Positions 27,159 through 32,000 of a stretch of 32,000 nucleotides of DNA are shown here, piece after piece. Both the position numbers and the translations under genes were made by a program. The stretch lies in the NCBI RefSeq assembly GCF_014396165.1, contig NZ_CP060715.1, positions 480,001 to 512,000 of the forward strand. The letters are read 5' to 3'. The stretch's first letter is position 1; the number at the start of each line of letters is the position of its first letter. The DNA is from Erysipelothrix inopinata. Its GTDB lineage: Bacteria > Bacillota_I > Bacilli_A > Erysipelotrichales > Erysipelotrichaceae. Under the pieces are notes generated by a model. It was given only the letters and a program-made list of their open reading frames with translations. It did not search any database and had not been told where the DNA came from.

Positions 27159-27190
27159 GAAAAGCCATCACAATTGTGATGGCTTTGTTT
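27159..27190. terminator. Bidirectional terminator between the lipoprotein gene and the helicase gene
   Basis: AAAGCCATCACA-ATTG-centred perfect palindrome ...TGTGATGGCTTT at 27161-27186. Confidence 0.65.
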
Positions 27191-27191
27191 C

Positions 27192-28943
27192 TTATTTGGA
27201 TCTTCCGCGTGATTGACTGCGTGGTTTACGATCGCGTGAACGATCATTACGACGGTCTTTATTACGGTTGTCATTATCACGATTACGATCATTACGTTTG
27301 TCACGTGAACGATCATTGCGTCCACGACTACGATTACGGTCACGACCGCCTCGTCCTTCGCTTACTGCAAATTCATCTTCGATTTGTGATTCAACACGAA
27401 TGTTATTGATTGTCATTCCTGAAATTTTATCCATGACCATTTTTAAATGTTCACGTGGAACTTCAACAGTAGTTGTTGAATCGGAAATTTTGATTTTTCC
27501 AATGTCTCTACCTTTAATTCCGGTAGCAGTGGCAACACCACTTACGATGTGTGCAGCACTGATGTCATCGTTGTTACCGATTGATAGCATGATTCTTGAG
27601 ATTTCAGTACGATTTTTAGTTTGCTTATCGCCTGATTTACCCTTAATCGCTTCAAGGTTATATTCACTAATTGTTTTATTAATAAATGCAATGATAACTT
27701 CTTCTTGTGTAACGCCACGTTTTTGAAGACCTTCGTAAGCAATCTTGAAGAGTTTTCCTTGTTCTTCTGAAGACCATTTTTCAATATCTTGGTGAAGTTG
27801 TTGAACAAGTACTTCGTTTAATTCTTCTTTTGATGGTAATGGTTTTTCAGTGATTGTTGAGTTAGATAAACGTTCGATTTGACGAATTGCGTAATGTTGA
27901 CGACGTGGTACAAGAGTAATTGCTAATCCTTCTTTACCTGCACGTCCAGTACGTCCAATTCGGTGAACATAATATTCTAATTCTTGAGGGATGTCATAGT
28001 TAATAACAACATCCATGCTGTCTACGTCAATTCCACGCGCTGCAACATCTGTTGCAATTAGAACTGAAACCATTCCTTGACGGAAACGGTTCATAACCAT
28101 AGAACGCATTTCTTGTTTCATGTCACCATGAAGTCCAAGTGCAGGGAATCCTGCTTTATTTAATTGCGTTGCAAGCTCATCAACCATTTTCTTAGTATTA
28201 CAGAAAATCATAGTTCCTTTTGATTGATGAATTTGGAGTAATTGCTTCACTAAATCAATTTTTTGGTTTGATTCAACATTATAATAAACTTGTTCGATTC
28301 TAGATACGGTTAAGTTATTGCGTGATAAAGCAATTTTCTTAGGATTAACTAAGAAGTCATCACTAAGTTTGATAATTTCTTTAGGCATTGTTGCTGAAAA
28401 TAAAGCCATTTGACGTTGTTCAGGTAGGTATGAAAATATTTCGATAATATCATCAATGAATCCCATATTTAACATTTCATCTGCTTCGTCTAATACAACA
28501 TGTTTACAATTATTTAAACGGATTGTACGACGACGTAAGTGATCCATTAAACGACCTGGTGTTGCGACAACAATATCTACACCGCGTTTAATATCTTTAA
28601 TCTGTTTATCAATCGGGCTTCCACCATAAACACAAACAATCTTAATATCTTGTTTGTATCGTGCAAAGCTTCGCATTTCATCTGCAACTTGCATACACAA
28701 TTCACGTGTTGGACATAACACAAGTCCTTGTGTTATTTTCTTATCCTCACGGTTAATGCTTGATAGCATTGGCAATCCGAAAGCAGCTGTTTTACCAGTT
28801 CCTGTTTGTGATTGCGCCAATAAATCATGGTTTTCAAGCAAAATTGGAATGGCTTCCGATTGAATATCAGTTGGATTTTCATATCCTTTTTCCAAGACTG
28901 CTCTTACTATTTCTTCTTGTAAATCTAAATCTTTAAATGTCAT
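27192..28943 (-). CDS. DEAD-box ATP-dependent RNA helicase with DbpA-type RNA-binding domain and Arg-rich tail
   Basis: Q motif GYENPTDIQ, AQSQTGTGKT, DEAD, SAT and HRIGRTGRAG. The C-terminal segment IMLSIGNNDDISAAHIVSGVATATGIKGRDIGKIKISD..TTVEVP resembles the DbpA/DeaD RBD. The last ~55 aa are R/D/N/S low complexity. Confidence 0.92.
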   Translation of the reverse strand: MTFKDLDLQEEIVRAVLEKGYENPTDIQSEAIPILLENHDLLAQSQTGTGKTAAFGLPMLSSINREDKKITQGLVLCPTRELCMQVADEMRSFARYKQDIKIVCVYGGSPIDKQIKDIKRGVDIVVATPGRLMDHLRRRTIRLNNCKHVVLDEADEMLNMGFIDDIIEIFSYLPEQRQMALFSATMPKEIIKLSDDFLVNPKKIALSRNNLTVSRIEQVYYNVESNQKIDLVKQLLQIHQSKGTMIFCNTKKMVDELATQLNKAGFPALGLHGDMKQEMRSMVMNRFRQGMVSVLIATDVAARGIDVDSMDVVINYDIPQELEYYVHRIGRTGRAGKEGLAITLVPRRQHYAIRQIERLSNSTITEKPLPSKEELNEVLVQQLHQDIEKWSSEEQGKLFKIAYEGLQKRGVTQEEVIIAFINKTISEYNLEAIKGKSGDKQTKNRTEISRIMLSIGNNDDISAAHIVSGVATATGIKGRDIGKIKISDSTTTVEVPREHLKMVMDKISGMTINNIRVESQIEDEFAVSEGRGGRDRNRSRGRNDRSRDKRNDRNRDNDNRNKDRRNDRSRDRKPRSQSRGRSK

Positions 28944-29093
28944 TTATATTCCTACTTCTTTTCTAGCACACGCGATTAAGTATAACATACATTAGCGACA
29001 ATTGTTATTATCACACTCAAATTTATATATAAATATTCCCTTTCACACACCACCACATCTTATATGATTCCAGTATCATTATTAATTGATAAT

Positions 29094-29125
29094 AAAAACG
29101 AGTAGAGATTCTTTCCCCACTCGTT
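29094..29125 (-). terminator. Rho-independent terminator of xth
   Basis: About an 11-bp stem AACGAGUGGGG / UCUCUACUCGUU (two G-U pairs) followed by a T-rich run on the minus strand. Confidence 0.5.
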
Positions 29126-29146
29126 ATATTAATGCGTTTTAAATTT

Positions 29147-29902
29147 TTATACATTGAGTTCTAACATGACAGGACAGTGATCACTTCCTAGGATTTGATC
29201 ATATATTTCCGCATCTTTAATTTGTTCTTTTAATTTCTCAGATACAACGAAGTAATCAATTCTCCATCCCGCATTACGACTGCGAGCATTAAATCGATAA
29301 CTCCACCATGAATAACGTTCTTCAACATTGCCATGAATATGACGGAATGAATCTACAAACCCCGACTCTAGTAAATTTGTAAATTGATTTCTTTCTTCAT
29401 CTGAGAATCCTGGATTCTTACGATTTGCACTTGGGTTCTTCAAGTCAATTGGATTATGAGCAACGTTTAAGTCCCCACATAATACAACCGGCTTCACCGC
29501 ATCAAGTTCCATTAGGTATTCTCTGAAATCATCTTCCCATTGCATACGGTACTCCAAACGTTTTAATTCTTGTTGTGAGTTTGGAGTATAAACACATACA
29601 AGATAGAATGATTCGTATTCACATGTAATAACACGACCTTCTGTGTCGTGATGATCGATATTAATACCGTAGTTGACTGTAAGTGGCTCTATTCTTGAGA
29701 ATACGGCAGTTCCTGAGTAACCTTTCTTTTCAGCATAATTGTAATATGCATGATATCCTTCAGGTTCATAATCTATTTGACCTTCTTGCATTTTAATTTC
29801 TTGTAAACACAGAACATCTGTATCTAATGAAGCAAACGATGCCTCAAAATCTTTGTTCATTACTGCTCTAAAACCATTTACGTTCCACGATACTAATTTC
29901 AT
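29147..29902 (-). CDS. xth: Exodeoxyribonuclease III (AP endonuclease)
   Basis: MKLVSWNVNGFRA, LCLQEIK, GDLNVAH and SDHCPV motifs. Start ATG 29902 overlaps the upstream gene's TGA as ATGA. Confidence 0.93.
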   Translation of the reverse strand: MKLVSWNVNGFRAVMNKDFEASFASLDTDVLCLQEIKMQEGQIDYEPEGYHAYYNYAEKKGYSGTAVFSRIEPLTVNYGINIDHHDTEGRVITCEYESFYLVCVYTPNSQQELKRLEYRMQWEDDFREYLMELDAVKPVVLCGDLNVAHNPIDLKNPSANRKNPGFSDEERNQFTNLLESGFVDSFRHIHGNVEERYSWWSYRFNARSRNAGWRIDYFVVSEKLKEQIKDAEIYDQILGSDHCPVMLELNV

Positions 29903-30687
29903 TCCAACCTCCATAATTCGCTAAATGGCATGAATTGAACTTTATTGCTTGATTCCTTTGCTTTCTTACGATGAATATCAATGTCATTCTCATTTTCATT
30001 CTTTAGAATGTCAGAGTCTCCCATATATTCAACATAGACTGCTTTTTTTAAATAGAACCAGCGTCCCACAACTTCATGGATCACATTTTCGCGACTCTCT
30101 GCTTCTTCAATGATACTGTTTTTAGCCCACTCTAACAAATGACTTGCTTCAAGTGTTGCATTTTCACAAAATTCATGACTGCTTCCGTAATGTTTACGAT
30201 TTTGCTCTCTTTGAAGTGATTGAATCGGTGTTCGATTTAAAATCATGACTTCATAGAGTGCCGAGAGTGTATCTTCATCTTTTGAAGATAAGAAGAGCAC
30301 ACGACTGCGATAAGGTCCCAAGAGAGCCCCTTGCTCCGTCATTGCATAATAACACCCTTTTGCTTCATAGTAGCTTCCATCATAGATTACGATTGCGGCA
30401 TCATGATAGAAAGTCTTTGAATATAAAATATAAGAAACTTTAAGACTTTCTTGTGGTATCTTATAGATATCTTTATATCGAATAATCTTATTCGATACCA
30501 AATTTTTATTCACGGTAATTGGATAATTCGTAAGAACACGACATTGCGGATCCAATTGTTGAATCTTATCCAAAACACTTCCTTCTTCTGGATTCAGTGC
30601 GAGATAATCCTCGAGATATCCATTAAAGCAAGGATACAATTCACCTTCATTTTTTTCAAATTCATTTAAAACATCATATAACGCCAT
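29899..30687 (-). CDS. Hypothetical protein (262 aa) translationally coupled to xth
   Basis: Start at ATG 30687 (MALYDVLNEF) is preceded by AGGGGGGA. No TM segment, signal peptide or recognisable catalytic motif. The stop overlaps the xth start. Confidence 0.5.
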   Translation of the reverse strand: MALYDVLNEFEKNEGELYPCFNGYLEDYLALNPEEGSVLDKIQQLDPQCRVLTNYPITVNKNLVSNKIIRYKDIYKIPQESLKVSYILYSKTFYHDAAIVIYDGSYYEAKGCYYAMTEQGALLGPYRSRVLFLSSKDEDTLSALYEVMILNRTPIQSLQREQNRKHYGSSHEFCENATLEASHLLEWAKNSIIEEAESRENVIHEVVGRWFYLKKAVYVEYMGDSDILKNENENDIDIHRKKAKESSNKVQFMPFSELWRLE

Positions 30688-30799
30688 AAAATCCCCCCTA
30701 GCATCATTTATCATTCTTACATATTTCACATTAATATTAAAGTATTTATACCATCATCCTCAATTTATACACTATAATATAAGGAAAGGGAGGATTGCT

Positions 30800-32000
30800 A
30801 TGACTCATACAATAATTGCACCGCAACATTACCACGAGGAACTTAAGAGAGAGTTACTTCAAAATAAAAAACATCTTCTCAATATAATGGTTCGTGATTT
30901 TGACTTTGTTTTCTTTAACCCACAAACCTCAAGTAGAGAACTTGAACTTGAAATTTTTCAGGCTCTCTCTACGATTAAAACTTCAACATTAAGCTCGATC
31001 ATTGGCTTTCCTAAAACGATTGACATGTTGATAAACTTTAGTAAAGAGCTCCTTCTCTACAATATCAATCCTCATGATTTACCTCAAGACACTCCACTTC
31101 AACGAGATATTTACGCTTGTGTTTTAGTCGTCCTTGAATATCTATCTAAACCTGAAGTTCCCCAAGGATCATTCACAATTTACGAAAATGGTCTTAGTTA
31201 TGCTCAAAAATCTTTTTTAAGATTACATAATCTGTCTATGGTAGAAACACCATCACGTGCACCCCAATCAATACGTTATCGTGTCGCCTTAAACCTTCGT
31301 ACAGAAATCGAAGCTACAGTACAAGATATACTTCTCCAAAAACTTGATTACGCGGTCATAGCCATGCCCAATTTGGATTCCGCACTTCCTCTAATTGAGA
31401 GCATTCTGCCTCGCTATGGTGTTAGTTACCATTTCTATGATGACAATCAAGTGCTCGTTTCGAAGCATTTTAGAGCCCTCTTCGAATACAGTCTTAGTCC
31501 TTCAACAGAAACCTTAGTAAACGTTCTAAAGAGTAACGCCTTAAACTTTTATAATTTTGAATCCTATTTACTTCTTATGGATCATTTCAAACTTGAACTC
31601 AGTGATATCCTTAATGATTTTCCCGTGCTTGATGAATCTTGGCCACGTGATCTTTACCGTCACTACATGAATGTCACAGAAAACCTTGAAGAGTTTCAAG
31701 CAGTTCTTCAAACGCTTGTTGCCCCTTCCATTGATGAGGCAATGATAGTAGCTTACAATACACTCTGTAATATCTATCCTGTGCGTAATCTCACACCATT
31801 AAAATCACTCATCACGCAATCTCTGACACTTTACACTGAAAGTACATTACCTTTCTTCTACAGATATGTTGAAAACTTAAAATCAGCCAACACTAAGCTA
31901 AACACAATTCAATTTGTGGATTTGAGACAACTTCCTCTTCAACCTGTTGAAAATTTATATATACTAAATTTAACCGCTAAGACATTTCCTGCCACTTCAT
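30800..32000 (+). CDS. AddB/RexB-like helicase-nuclease subunit B, N-terminal 400 aa (continues beyond window)
   Basis: Absent from the ORF track because it is open to the window edge. Hand translation from ATG 30800 (after GGGAGGA) is open throughout. No Walker A, as in RexB-type subunits. AVIAMPNLDSALPLIESILPRYGVSYHFYDD and VENLYILNLTAKTFPA resemble conserved AddB/RexB segments. Assignment is from memory of family patterns only. Confidence 0.5.
   Translation, partial: MTHTIIAPQHYHEELKRELLQNKKHLLNIMVRDFDFVFFNPQTSSRELELEIFQALSTIKTSTLSSIIGFPKTIDMLINFSKELLLYNINPHDLPQDTPLQRDIYACVLVVLEYLSKPEVPQGSFTIYENGLSYAQKSFLRLHNLSMVETPSRAPQSIRYRVALNLRTEIEATVQDILLQKLDYAVIAMPNLDSALPLIESILPRYGVSYHFYDDNQVLVSKHFRALFEYSLSPSTETLVNVLKSNALNFYNFESYLLLMDHFKLELSDILNDFPVLDESWPRDLYRHYMNVTENLEEFQAVLQTLVAPSIDEAMIVAYNTLCNIYPVRNLTPLKSLITQSLTLYTESTLPFFYRYVENLKSANTKLNTIQFVDLRQLPLQPVENLYILNLTAKTFPATS

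Noticed and set aside
27092-27409. 105-aa plus-strand ORF with a striking His/Tyr/Asp/Cys-rich stretch (HYDGLYYGCHYHDYDHYVCHVNDHCVHDYDYGHDR) that looks like a metal-binding peptide. There are also ORFs at 27143-27343 and 27268-27726.
   Set aside because: All three are alternative-frame or antisense readings of the repetitive CGN/GAY/AAY codons that encode the helicase R/D/N tail. None has an SD, and the first overlaps the real lipoprotein gene's end and crosses a terminator. They are low-complexity shadow ORFs.

Overview
AT-rich (roughly one-third G+C by eye, not computed) Bacillota-type chromosomal segment using the standard genetic code. I call 34 protein-coding genes, two of them cut by the window edges. 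29 are on the minus strand, which fits a leading-strand core region. I found no rRNA, tRNA, CRISPR array, IS element, integrase or prophage remnant. Content is mostly housekeeping. It includes a YtrA/GntR-regulated ABC operon, pflB-pflA with a divergent YheO-like regulator, murA, focA and an rpoE-pyrG-fba block. It also includes an M24 aminopeptidase, gltX with an EF1143-like HD dNTPase, and thiolase divergent from mvaS (upper mevalonate pathway). The rest comprises darA, a dtd-folD-DUF951-ychF string, rarA, three lipoprotein genes, a DEAD-box helicase, xth and the 5' part of an addB/rexB-like gene. The order rpoE-pyrG-fba...murA resembles the B. subtilis rpoE-pyrG...fbaA...murAB block as I recall it. 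I do not see a clear defence island or mobile element, so the novelty candidates are modest. (1) Two adjacent lipoprotein genes have an FMN-binding-domain-like layout. One carries a D-I-I-S-G-A-T flavinylation-type motif and the other is a 2 x ~126 aa internal duplication. (2) An unrecognisable 262-aa protein is translationally coupled (ATGA) to exonuclease III, divergent from addB. (3) A gene upstream of rpoE has a consensus promoter and perfect SD followed by ATT, with 54 in-frame codons before the first ATG. (4) A two-gene cassette (109-aa soluble protein plus 136-aa membrane protein) sits between focA and murA. (5) The ABC operon has two nucleotide-binding subunits that both carry degenerate catalytic motifs. 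(6) The pyrG leader is a textbook GGGC plus attenuator. All functional calls come from motif recognition on hand or track translations; no database search was possible.
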